A stretch of 64,000 nucleotides of DNA from assembly GCA_051530055.1 (NCBI GenBank), contig CM121342.1, forward strand, positions 11,671,480 through 11,735,479. Reading direction: 5' to 3'. Positions 22,380 to 38,429 of the stretch are shown here, piece by piece; the stretch's first letter is position 1; each line of letters opens with the position of its first letter. The stretch comes from Neoechinorhynchus agilis. Its lineage: Eukaryota > Animalia > Acanthocephala. The notes beneath the pieces are model-generated. The model was not told where the DNA came from. It saw only the letters and a program-made list of their open reading frames with translations, and made no database searches. The position numbers and the translations under genes were made by a program.

Positions 22380-24500
22380 AGATAATAGACAGAATCCAAA
22401 CAACAAGGTGTTCATGGATGTATTTTGTTTGGTGAGAAATCTGACCTACCTTTTAACAACTTGAAGAAGTCCGATGAGGTGGACGAAATATTCTGTGAAA
22501 AGGAATTAATCTCTATTTTTGCTCAACACCAATTAATCTAAATACTGTTTTTACATCTAAATGGATATTAAACTTATTCCTCTTTTGAAACGTAGGTTAA
22601 TCTTATAAAAAAAGACCAGCGGCATTTAATCCACCATTATAATTAACAAAATATACAAAGAATCAAGAATTGTAATTTCGGTATTATGCTTATTTCAAAT
22701 TAATATTTGCATTTTGTACATGGGAGAAGAAAAGGAACAAATGCCTTTAAATTATGACTGACTTTTACTTCTTGACATTTGCTTCCATCATTGATTACAC
22801 ATTCCATTGTCCATTCTTTTGCATGAGGACAAACCGATAATTTCTTTGTTATTGATGCAATAAATGCTCTTACAATCCAACGAGCAGATCCATTGTCGGT
22901 GCACTTTCCTTCCATGGCTAGGTAAGAACCATCAATCAATACGACTTCTTTTTTAGCTTCCTCGTTCCTTAAGTTTTGCTCGCTCTGAGCAGCCACCATT
23001 GCCAATAGTTCATCATCGTCGTCGTCCTCGTACCCATCATCATTATTGAGTTGTACAGCTACATTCGAGGTTTGCACAATGTTTATCGATTTCTCCTTTT
23101 CAATCAACCTTTGAACTCGTTGCTTTAATTTTGCGTTTGAAAGCCTTTTGAGATTAATGAAACAAGAAAAAATGCGAACATTGTACTCACAATCGCTGGA
23201 GTAAAAAGTTTCCGTAATCTGGCAAACGATTGGTACCTGAACAGCCTAGGACATGGACGTTTTCCTCAGATAGTAAGAGACATCCAAGTCGCATTTGAAT
23301 AGTTCCGCGAAGAAGAACCTAAAGCGTAGAAGCAAGCGTTTGCAGAAAGCTATAAAAACGGAATTACCTTCAATCCTACTGGCACGATATCAAATGGAAA
23401 TGAGGATGCCCATGGTTTATGCTCCAGAGCTTTATTAAAGATAAGTGTTAAACGCTAGATTTTCTTATTTAACTTTTTTTAACAATAACGTCCGCAGTGC
23501 GCCAATTCAGAGATTTTTATAATCGACGATTGCATTCGTTCGATCGGTTAGAGATTTCTGTTTGTTTAGGTCGTTCATGAACACCCGAGAGAGAGAGATC
23601 GTGTTAGAAAGACGAATGTATCAAAGTCGACTGAATGTACCAGTCATTTTATCAATTCTATCTTCAGTCGAAATATTTTCTCGTTTAATTGTCCCTATCG
23701 GGTGTTGACAAGCGACCCAAAAAAATCCCAGCTTATTTGGAATCATCTCAATAGTCGATGTGAACTTTAACAAGTAAGAAATGGAGCTATACTTAATTTT
23801 AAATCTATATCGTTTTAATTTGCGAGTTTTTCATAATGATATCCTACTACAATAGCATCCATAGAGAAACAAAATGTACATTTCAAAGGGTTTGCTGAGA
23901 AACCTAGGATGGGTAATATGCTTATAGACCGAATTACGGGATAGATTGAATTCAGGCGAAACGGCTAGAAAAACGGAATTCGAAGCCTCCTTTCTGATGA
24001 ACACAAATCTTCTCTTTAAACTGGCAGTATCCATCAGTTAAAGTTAGAAACAACACTCGTTTAGTTGTTGATTTTTGAAGTTGAATTTCACATTGAGTCT
24101 CAGTGATGCAAGAGTCTACCGCGTCGTCAAAAATAGTTTCGTATCGATTTCCATCGGAGGTCTCGCTATATTCGACAAACTGACTGTAAATAGATCTCGA
24201 AATATCAATACAATCGATGACTTCAACAGCATTACGGCACCGCTCCAGCACACTGCAGTTTTCCAATAAATCCTTTATATTAATTGCCGGAAGAGAAGTG
24301 ATTTTTAAACTCGAACCCAAATATTGCTTATAAGCTTCTTCTTTGAATTCACGGAGGATTACATTTGAATTCTAAAGAGCGTTATTTGAGTAGAAAACGA
24401 TATCGAAAAAGAAAATATGCTAACTTCATTCGTGTACCAATCTAAACAAGCGCCAACCCATTCAGATTTCAAATTTGCACCATATTTAACCTTCATCCAA
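22380..24500 (-). CDS. RMI1: RMI1 (BTR complex OB-fold protein), multi-exon with one non-canonical insert; both ends approximate
   Basis: LKSEWVGACLDW, EAYKQYLGSSL, IDCIDISRSIYSQ, RVLFLTLTDG, ALEHKP..PVGLKVLLRGTIQMRLGCLLLSEENVHVLG and C-terminal OB INDGS. Confidence 0.85.
23435..24016 (-). other. TA(AAG)-bounded non-GT-AG insert in RMI1 (584 bp, or 581 bp using the inner TA)
   Basis: TAAAG direct repeat on the minus strand at 24018-24014 and 23434-23430. IR TAaagagaagatttgtgtt / aacacttatcttTA. Removal gives LTDGYCQFKALEHKP. Confidence 0.72.
23521..23722 (+). repeat. Foldback/MITE family A (copy 2, inside the RMI1 insert)
   Basis: Long arm matches 760-860 and 25912-26030; degenerate second arm cgggtgttgacaagcgacc. 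Confidence 0.78.
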
Positions 24501-25365
24501 TTAGTGCAATCATTTTTAACGACGTTTAGCAAGCGGGGATGTTTCTACATAGCGTTTGATAACCGTCATTTTTATTATGTGCTGCCTGCTCTGTGGGCTT
24601 GTATTTATACAATTTTTTCCTTGGCTCATGACCTTAATTATTCTTCTAGAAAAGTTGTTGACTTCCATTAAAGATGCATTAAGGTGCAATCTCATGTAGA
24701 AGCGGCCACTTAACAATACGAAATTCTAAATCTGAGCACTAAATAAAACAACAGACGTAAAAGAAATTCTCATTGTCATTTCCAAAAAAATTAACAAAAT
24801 ATCGCAAACTTTTACAAAAATTGGGAATTCTTTTAAAAAAACCACACCTTAAGCAGTTTACAAACTTCTTTTCAGTTGAAGAATATTTTGCAACAACAAG
24901 ATTATCTATTAATTTAATTATTTTCACTTCATTAATCACCACCCAGCTCGCCGCTGGTAGAGGTCGTGTCCATGGTCGCGTTTCCTCGCAAAGAATTAAA
25001 ATCAACAGTAAAATTTTCCAGAAGGGTAGACAAAAAGAATTGAAATAGAAACGCGAACATTATTTGATACATAAATTAGCGTTTTAATTTCCGCTCTGCT
25101 CTTTATAAAAAGTGAAACGTATGCAATCTTGTGTTGTGGAACAAGTAAAATTGCTGATAACGGTTCCATTCTATTTGTTTCGAAAATTAGTTAGTAAATC
25201 ACTGACGCACTAACGAGTCGAATGTTTTTCGATTAAAGTAGAAACTGGACAAACTTTATGATCATTGTTGGATTTAAAAATTACTTGCACTTTAAAAGTC
25301 GGTCAGGAAGAAACATTTCCGTAACCGTCAGATCTCTTGTTTGGCAAACGTACACAAAGGATTCA

Positions 25366-29832
<4,467 letters not shown>

Positions 29833-29904
29833 TTAATGTACAGTAATCTGTCATGAAAACATTAGTTCATGTTTAATTTGGCACTTTTTCGGACTTGAGA
29901 TCAT

Positions 29905-30170
29905 TCACACCACCGCTCTGGATCACTCAGCTGCCGTCCTGGTGTAACGGTCGAAAGGACGGATGCAGCGTCCCCCCGATTGCAGGGGCAGACTTATGTT
30001 TTGTAGGAGGAATACTCCTGCCCTCTGATCGAAAATGATTCGTCTCAATATCTTAAACAATTGTTTGACCAGGTCCTGCGCAGCGGTACTAAACGACCCG
30101 AGTGTCTCGACGCCAAAGGGAACAAAATAATGATTTCGACTCTGGTCCCTGTATTTTGTTCTGTTGCGTT
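29905..30170 (+). repeat. GC-rich dispersed repeat family D (second copy at 60785-61030)
   Basis: Shared cctggtgtaa.ggtcgaaaggacggatgcagcgtcccc and gaccaggtc..cggta..aacgacccgagtgtctcgac.ccaaag. Confidence 0.8.
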
Positions 30171-30659
30171 CTTCAGCGGTGGTTGCTGCTCTGTCCGATT
30201 TAATATTGGCGAATTTTTAGTTGCTGGCTGCGATCGTGGCATCCCAGAGAAGGCATTTTCCTTCTCGCCACGGGAGTACTGTGACAAATCGGAGAAAAAT
30301 AGAAAGAAAGGAGGGACAGAGTTAGATTATTCACTAAAGGAAATGTCAATGTCTTGGATTATTATTTTTAGGCGGAGGGAAGATGCTTTCTTTTTCATAG
30401 TTTTGTCACCTCTGATTTTTAAAAATTCACCGATGATTTATTTTCCCGATATTTCGCTGCGAAACAATGACACATTATGGGAAAATGTCGGAATTATATA
30501 ACACAAGAAATATCGGAAACCAAAATCTGTGAAATTTTGAACCCGAGGTGGCAAAACTAAGAAATGAAATGACAATGCTAGCCGTTTTCTCAAAATCTAA
30601 AGAACATTCTTTTCGTTCACAAATTCCTCCTTTTCGTCCAATTCTGGAGCTGTCGTCAT

Positions 30660-30790
30660 GAATGTCCGCCAGCTTCCTTGATGGCCGCGGCATTGCCGCG
30701 TTGGATCGCCGCGCTGATTCGCTGATTCAGGAAGCTGCTAGAGCGGAGCGCATGTCGCCGGCGGCATATTTCAGCATCCTTCCCAGGCAT
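30660..30790 (-). mobile_element. 3' fragment of a CRE-like retrotransposon
   Basis: FLNQRISAAIQRGNAAAI. Confidence 0.75.
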
Positions 30791-30971
30791 CCCAGCGTTT
30801 CCACTACAAGAATGCGATAAAAAATGCGTTTCATTCTGGTTGTTTTTTAAAGCGATTGAAAATACTGATTGCACGTTCGTAACTTATTTTTCGTAATTAA
30901 TAGGTTTTCTTTTTTACGTTTATAACTCCATCAAGCATTCCACCGCGTTTTTCTGTTTTTTGAAGATTCGA

Positions 30972-31586
<615 letters not shown>

Positions 31587-31791
31587 CAAACTTTTTTTAG
31601 GAGAATGCTCGTGTTAATAAGTTTGCTTTTCGATGATTTACGATTTTTGCAGAAACAATTCAGCCAACATTCTTTGATTTTTTAAAACTAAGAGGACTTA
31701 AGACCCTGCTTTTGGCAAACAAGCCTAGGAAGAGCGATCAAAAGACATACACTTATCACCGATTTGATTTCGGCCGAACTTTCGGTTTTAG

Positions 31792-33170
31792 ATGGCATCT
31801 CCTCGTCGTCCATCTCTCCTGAGGATGAATGCAAAAGTAGACCTCATTGTGAGCGCCTCCGTTCGGTCCATTTATGACTATCTATTCGATCTTTGTGATA
31901 CAGACCGCCGAGGAGTAATCTTAAGCCTGGAAGCCAGTCTTTTGTTTCGACGATCACAGTTACCAAATCAAACATTGGCAGACATTTGGAATGAAGCAGA
32001 CGAAAGTTCCAGAGGTCTCCTCTGTCGCCTTGAGTTCTATATAGCCTTGAAGTTAATATCGGTGTGCCAACAACAAAACTTAGTGAATGTATCACGTGAT
32101 ATGGTATACGAAGGATGCGGTCCTCCTCGCCTGGGGATTTATACAACCGCTGATCCAGTGAACGGCGTTAGTATCGCCTCTCTACTTAAATACGAAAGCG
32201 AATTCTATGAAATCACAAAAGATCAAACGACGAGAGGAGTACGCCCCATCGTAACCGGAACTCAAGCTCGCAAACAGTTTTTGAGATTCAACCTTCCGGC
32301 CGAAGAATTAGCTACAATCTGGGATTCAAGCGATTCTGACAATGATGGATGTCTTGATCGAAAAGAATATTGTGTCGCGCGACATTTTATCGACCATTGG
32401 AATCAGGATTCTTTGGACCCAACCGACATTCACAACATGTTCGCCTATCACGATCAAAAACATAGAGAGGAAAATCGTCAGTCTTTTGGTGAATTTTTCG
32501 ATGTGCTTTCAGAAATTGAAAAAAGTCAGGTAGTTAGTGGAATTACATGTAGGTCGATTTTCACTCAGTACACTGAACTCAATGCTGATGTCCTGTTTAA
32601 AATATGGGAAGCGAGCGATTGGAGAGGAGTTGGAAATCTAGATTATGAGTTTTTAAGCGCTCGTTGAAAAGAACTCGTAATGTCAACAAATCAGAATTTA
32701 TCTACTGTCTTAATCTAATTGCTCTATCGATTACTCCGCCAGCGCCGACATCTCCACGACAGATTGTGAGACGTCGTCAATCAGATGTGGAGAATTTAGC
32801 TGATCAATTACAAAAGCTTGAACTGAAATCAACCGATTTTGATAGTATTTTGAAACAGAAACAATTCACTCTTAGGCAGAGACAGACGAGATTGGCAGAA
32901 GCTGAAGCCCAATTGGAGTCCGAGCAGAGGATATTGAAACAAAAAGAACAATATCGATCAAGTACACAGGTTCATTTGGAGCGCACTCGCAACCGCTTAG
33001 AACAAGAAAAAGATAAGCTAAGAATTGTCGACGCTGAAAGCCAACATGGACGACTTTTGCGACTTAATACCCTCATTAACGAAGTGATCGAGACAGTGGA
33101 TTCCGGAAGCCTTGAGGGAATACACGAAAAACTGAAATCGATAGTTGAACTAAAGAAGGCCATTCGGTAG
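31792..33170 (+). CDS. EPS15: EPS15-family endocytic adaptor (three EH domains plus coiled coil), with a 44-nt hairpin insert
   Basis: SQLPNQTLADIWNEAD..EFYIALKLI, NLPAEELATIWDSSDSDNDGCLDRKEY and LFKIWEASD..NKSEFIYCLNLI, followed by a Q/E/R-rich coiled coil. Confidence 0.78.
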
Positions 33171-33690
33171 CAACCTTTAAAACTTAAGTTTGCGTTCGAA
33201 TATCGGGTTGTAAGATCTCTAAATTTTGGCGTTGATTTTCGCCAAAATGGAAAACGTCTTAACAGTAATTCATATTTTATAATGGCGACTATTTAGCGAA
33301 AAAAGTCTTCGATGTCTCAAATCCATGTTAGCTTTTATGCGATTCTCCAATACTCGATACAACGCGGAAAAGGTTCTTAATTTAAAATTGTGTCATTTAA
33401 AGGTCTTCAAATTATAAATAATTTTTTATACGTCTTCAGTAAACTCTTTATCCGGATTTAACCGAAATTTTTAGAAGACTACATTTTTAAAATTCAAGTC
33501 GACAAAATTGCAAGCGATTCATTGTCGCCAATTGTAGTTTAGTGTCAAGACGAGAGAAAAGGTGCTAGAGTTCTACATCAATTTTTTAAAATATTCTTTA
33601 ATCGTTAATAAAATGGTGGGAGGAATATTTAGATCACATTGATTTTTAGGTCAAAAAATGCCCGGAAACGTGAAAAAACGCCAATTGAGT

Positions 33691-34175
33691 TTACTTTAAA
33701 GGTGGCCACTTCCATTGATCGTTAGGCGGATCAAACATTTCTGGATCGTATGAACGCCATGCTTCTGACTTCACCATACTTTCGGCTAAATTTCGTTCAT
33801 TTTCAGCTTGGTTTAGAAGCTGTTCGAGTGATCCACCCTTTACGTTCTCCTCGAATTCCTCGGGTGAAGATGCCTAAATTCAAAACATTACTAAGAAAAT
33901 GCTCCAATGTATCGTACAAATTTGAGAAGCTCCAGTCGTTCTTGAACAACTTTTTCCGTATGAACACGATAAGGAACACTGTGATCGAAATTTGTGGACA
34001 AAATAATCAGAATCCGTTCATAACACGTTCGAAGGCGCTTAATACAAGTTTTTTCGTTTTGAAGTATAAAAACTGTACGTACGTTCAAAGAATGTTCAGT
34101 CGGATCCACTTGAGCAGTCCGATCACCAATGGGATCAGTTGATATTGGACTTCCTTTATCTCTTTGTCTCTCCAT
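33691..34175 (-). CDS. NDUFA5: NADH:ubiquinone oxidoreductase subunit A5 (B13), two GT-AG introns
   Basis: Manual splicing gives RLRTCYERIL..PYRVHTEKVVQERLELLK and GGSLEQLLNQAENERNLAESM..DPPNDQWKWPPLK*. Confidence 0.85.
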
Positions 34176-34479
34176 AATCAGCTAATTCGTAAACAAAAAG
34201 AAGAACAGTTTTAGATCTGTGCAATCCTTATGTCAAACCGTTCTAATGCTTATCCGAGATAAGAGAAATCGCCGATTCAATAATCGATTCATTATCATCA
34301 TCCAACCTACACACCAGTTGTGATTTTCTTCAAAGCAATAACCATCTCCCACTTTTTTGGATGTTCTGACTTCGAGAAAAGGAAGAATCGTTATCTGCAC
34401 ACCTCTTTCTTGCGTATTGAGCGATCATCTGAGAAAAAGTTATTTCTTAAACTCTTATGCGGAGAGCCAAGAGAACTGA

Positions 34480-34910
34480 AGTATTCTCACTTCAATGAGA
34501 GTTGCTTATTCAATCAAAGTCGTTTACATTATTTTCGATTCTGGAGAATTACATAAATCGGAAATAATTTTATTGAGTTTTGCACGAAGGAAGTGAAGTA
34601 GATTGCAAATTTCGAAATTAGAAAATATCGACTAATTTGTTCGCTGTTGAGTTTACAAAGCCAAAAAGCGATGCCGAATGTTACTCAGTATTTGCATTGA
34701 AATTCCATTTTTAATAAGAAACGACGGTTCAAATTTTTGTTTTTGTTTTCTCATTCAAAAGATTTTCGGACAAAAAGTTCGCATTTCTCTACATTTCGTC
34801 AATGAGAGTTTCCTAATCGATCAACGTCGTGTGCATTATTTTCGATTCCGGCGAATTACATGATGAAATCGGAAATAATTTGTTAATTTTATTGAGTTTT
34901 ACATGGCAAA
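34480..34910 (+). repeat. AT-rich repeat family E (~300-bp unit, partly tandem; another copy at 54940-55200)
   Basis: Shared acaaagccaaaaagcgatgccgaatgttactcag and acaaaaagttcgcatttctcta. Confidence 0.75.
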
Positions 34911-35020
34911 TTTTTTTTGTTTAACGAAACTTTATGTGTAAATACGACGTGGTTTTGGTTTCAGTGAGATCGCTTTAACCACCAGCGCTTAAAAATCCTT
35001 CATCTCATATTTTGTAGACG

Positions 35021-37141
35021 ATGTCATTTAAGCGGCCATTTGATCCGATGATAATGACGGATTACGACGTGGACTTAAAGTGCACTTTCAAGGGATCAGA
35101 GATCGTGAGTATCCTTCCAAATTACAAGAAGCATTGTGATATTCGGGTAAGTAATGTTCTTGTTGCAGTTGATCAGATAAACGTTCCAACTGACGAATCA
35201 TGGCCACAGCACAGTCATGAGACTCGTTGTCGTGCTCAGACGGATGAATACAATGAAATGGGCGATGGAGTTGGTGTGGAACTCCCAAACGCCCTGAATA
35301 ATTATCGATATCTGTTTTTTTTCTTAATGGATTCGCCAAATACGTCCACTTCTCCCAAATTAGGACGTGCTGTGGAAAAATGAGAAATCCGGTTGACTTA
35401 TCGCGCCTACCTGATGAATTTAAGATATTTCTTAGTCTGTATTTCACTTAAAATCGTCTACTGATCGCAGTTACAATTGGTTCTTAATTGGAATTCATGG
35501 CTGATCAATCGCATCAATGGAGAAATGTCATTGTGAATTAAGTTGATGGATCAATGATGCTGGTTAGTATTGAGAATGAAACTCCGGTTTGGGTGTTTCG
35601 TGGTTCCCATAGAATACGAACGATTCAATCATTATTCAAAAGCAAAAAATAAGAAATTGTGTTTCCACTTTCCGACTAACAACGTTTGAATGAAAGCGAA
35701 ACTTCTACCGATCCTTGTAAACCAACAAACGAGAACTTATTGCCGCAACCGAGGCATCGATCAGAGCTCCCTTTATCCAGAGTTCGAGTCGATTATATTG
35801 ATACAATGAAGCGATTAGGCGCCAGGTATAGAATGATGTTTCCGGAAGCAAGAATAAAATCAAACGACCATATCTGCTAGTTTAAATGCGCTCCATTGAT
35901 TGATTTGATCTATACAGACGGACGACCTGCTGTTATTGATCTTTTGAACGACAGACGACCCTTCAATCCGTTTCACATTCCTTTAATCTACGGTTGGAAA
36001 CGCATGATAAATCGAACCGGGACAACCAAAAAGCTGTCTACCTATCGCCTTGTTTTCGATCATTCTACAAAATCCGTAATGTTTTCGAACAGTTGGAAAC
36101 GACAAGGTCACATTTATCGATCGATTTATTTACTTTCCAATAAAATGTGGGCATCGATTATGAGTATGCTGGAAGGGGGGAAAATGTCGTGGATAAAGAT
36201 ATTTCGAATGGTCTGGAAAGAAAAGAAATTCCACTCTGCAATGAACATCGTTGTCATTTTGATATGATTTTTTCTATCGTCTACCAGGATCCTCCCAAGT
36301 TTCGCCAAATTTGATACATAGAAATGCTCTCAAATGTTGGCGTTGGGCGAATGTCAATTTAAAAGAGCGGCGTTTAGTCTAAATAAACGCAATTCGCACC
36401 ATGGATTAAACTTCCGATTGAATTCTACGTCAATTTTGAAGAATTGTCGGATACTAAAATGCAATAATCGATTCCTTCAGAAAATTTACAGATCTATTTA
36501 AGAGTGAAATTCTTCTTTTTATCGTACCAGAAAAATCGTTTAGAATCTAAGATATTTTACCTAAACTAAAAAAGGATCTCTATAAAGCAATGTTAAAGAT
36601 TGACTATTTAAGTCTTTAATTCATAGATCCATATTCGAGTTTTTCGTATGATTCATTTACATTAGATTTCTTCGTTTTGTGAGCATTTTGGTTTAGAAAA
36701 TGCACTGACTTCGAAGCAAAATACCTACGAATATTTGGGATTGTCCGAAGGTGGAATTCCACGAGGAGTGCAAGAATGTTCGATGCGTGTAAATGTCAAG
36801 GGCACTGTCCAAACACATTGGTCAGCCGAGGAATTCGAGCTTATTTGGAGGTATTTGTTCATAGAACTAAAAAATTAGGCGTCCTTATGAACCACAATCT
36901 TCCAAAGGGTTATTTTGTTTGTCAACAGGACAGCGATACGGAGAGAAATGGAAACGTAACGTCGATCACCAATGTGTCTCATCTTTTTCACCGCTCTCAG
37001 AGCAATACTAGTTTTTTCGTTCCGAAGGTTCACTTTAAATCTAATGGAACTGACAGGCAAACAGTGGCTCTTTTCGCCGTTCGAGATTTGTTAGCGGGCG
37101 AAGAACTCACCATTCCGGCGGTTTTGCGAAATAAATACTAA
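35021..37141 (+). CDS. SETDB-like gene (MBD-like, pre-SET and SET remnants); divergent or pseudogenised
   Basis: NPFHIPLIYGWKRM resembles the SETDB MBD. IPRGVQECS/CKC..CPNTLVSRG..LEVF and VALFAVRDLLAGEELT resemble pre-SET and SET. There is an apparent 1-nt frameshift near 36780. Confidence 0.55.
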
Positions 37142-38429
37142 AGCTCACAGTGTTTATTGAATGTTATGGCCATCAACCTGCGTGATTTGTAACGAACTTA
37201 ATCGCTGTCTTCGGCTTAAGGAAGTTCGTAACTTTTTTAGTTTCATTGCGGAGAAAACATCGAAATCCACTCACAAAGTTTTTCAGTGTTAAAAAGTTTC
37301 AAAAATCTCTTCGATTTGATCTTCATCGAACGTAATAATCATTTATATAAAGTCTTGTCTTTATTCCGTACATTGCGACATTGGGTTTCTTTATTATTTC
37401 GTGAGTTTGAAATATCGTAATTTAAAGAGACTTCTTTTATCTTCCTTAAAAGTCTAAGTCTCGGAGCAGCGTCGTTTACTTTCGTTTCAATGAGTTTCTT
37501 CACGTTAACATCCAGAGCACCAGACAGAAATCACGTTGCGGCAAAACTGATTAAAGCGATTGCAATGCTTTGTTTAAATTTGTTCGTTACAGCATGTTTC
37601 GTCCAGTTAATTTTTTCTTAACTTCATAGCCTCTGAAAATAAGGACTTGTCTATTTTTGATACAAAGTGCTTATACATTTATTTTTAGATTCTTTGAAAC
37701 ATCTAATTTTTACTTATAAACACAGATTTGGTCTTTCTATCGCTTGAATGTAAACATAAAAGCTCATATAAGTTTGCTTCCTTGTTTTCCCCGTTTGAAT
37801 TGTTTTTAAATCGAATTAACAATCACACTTTCGCCGCAACAATTCGTCAAGTGTTTCCTTGAAATCAGGAAAGTTTTTCTGGCTTCAATTCCAATTATAT
37901 TGCAAAAATCCAGCATACAGTCGATTGTTTCATAGAATGGGAACGCCTTTTTGTGCGAAACATTGTAACATTGTTCATAAAATCCTTGCTCTTTATCAGC
38001 AACTTCTCATGGTTATCCTCGGATCTGAGCGTTGGGTTGAAACGAATCAAGAACAGATTTTCTTGCGTACAACTCGAGTTTGCAGCACTCATAAACTTGA
38101 AACCATTTCGAAGATTGCTCCAAAACAAATACAGATCGAGCTTCTTTTTATCCAAGATGGTATAAATAACTTACATGCTCTTCGCAACATCAATCGGGAC
38201 TCTTTATAAAACAAAAATTTCTTTGTTTAGAGCATAGCCGCAGTTTTTTCATAACACTCCGCGCTTGCTGTTCAGAATAATGCCCAATGTGCGATTCCAT
38301 TTATAGTTCTCGGTTTTTTCTCATTCATGGAAACCGAAGTGCCTTCTAATATCCTCGAATCCGCCAGTTTAATATTCTTTTGGTCACACAAAATAAAGAA
38401 AAATGATTTAATTTTGTTAATATTACATC

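Noticed and set aside
22500-22750. Further non-canonical junction in the RMI1 C-terminal region
   Set aside because: Weak IR and TAAA repeats exist, but I could not find a unique frame-restoring junction.
36043-36119. TATCG-flanked 72-nt hairpin in the SETDB-like MBD as another insert
   Set aside because: An IR and direct repeat are visible, but removal does not clearly restore a recognisable motif; too weak to count.
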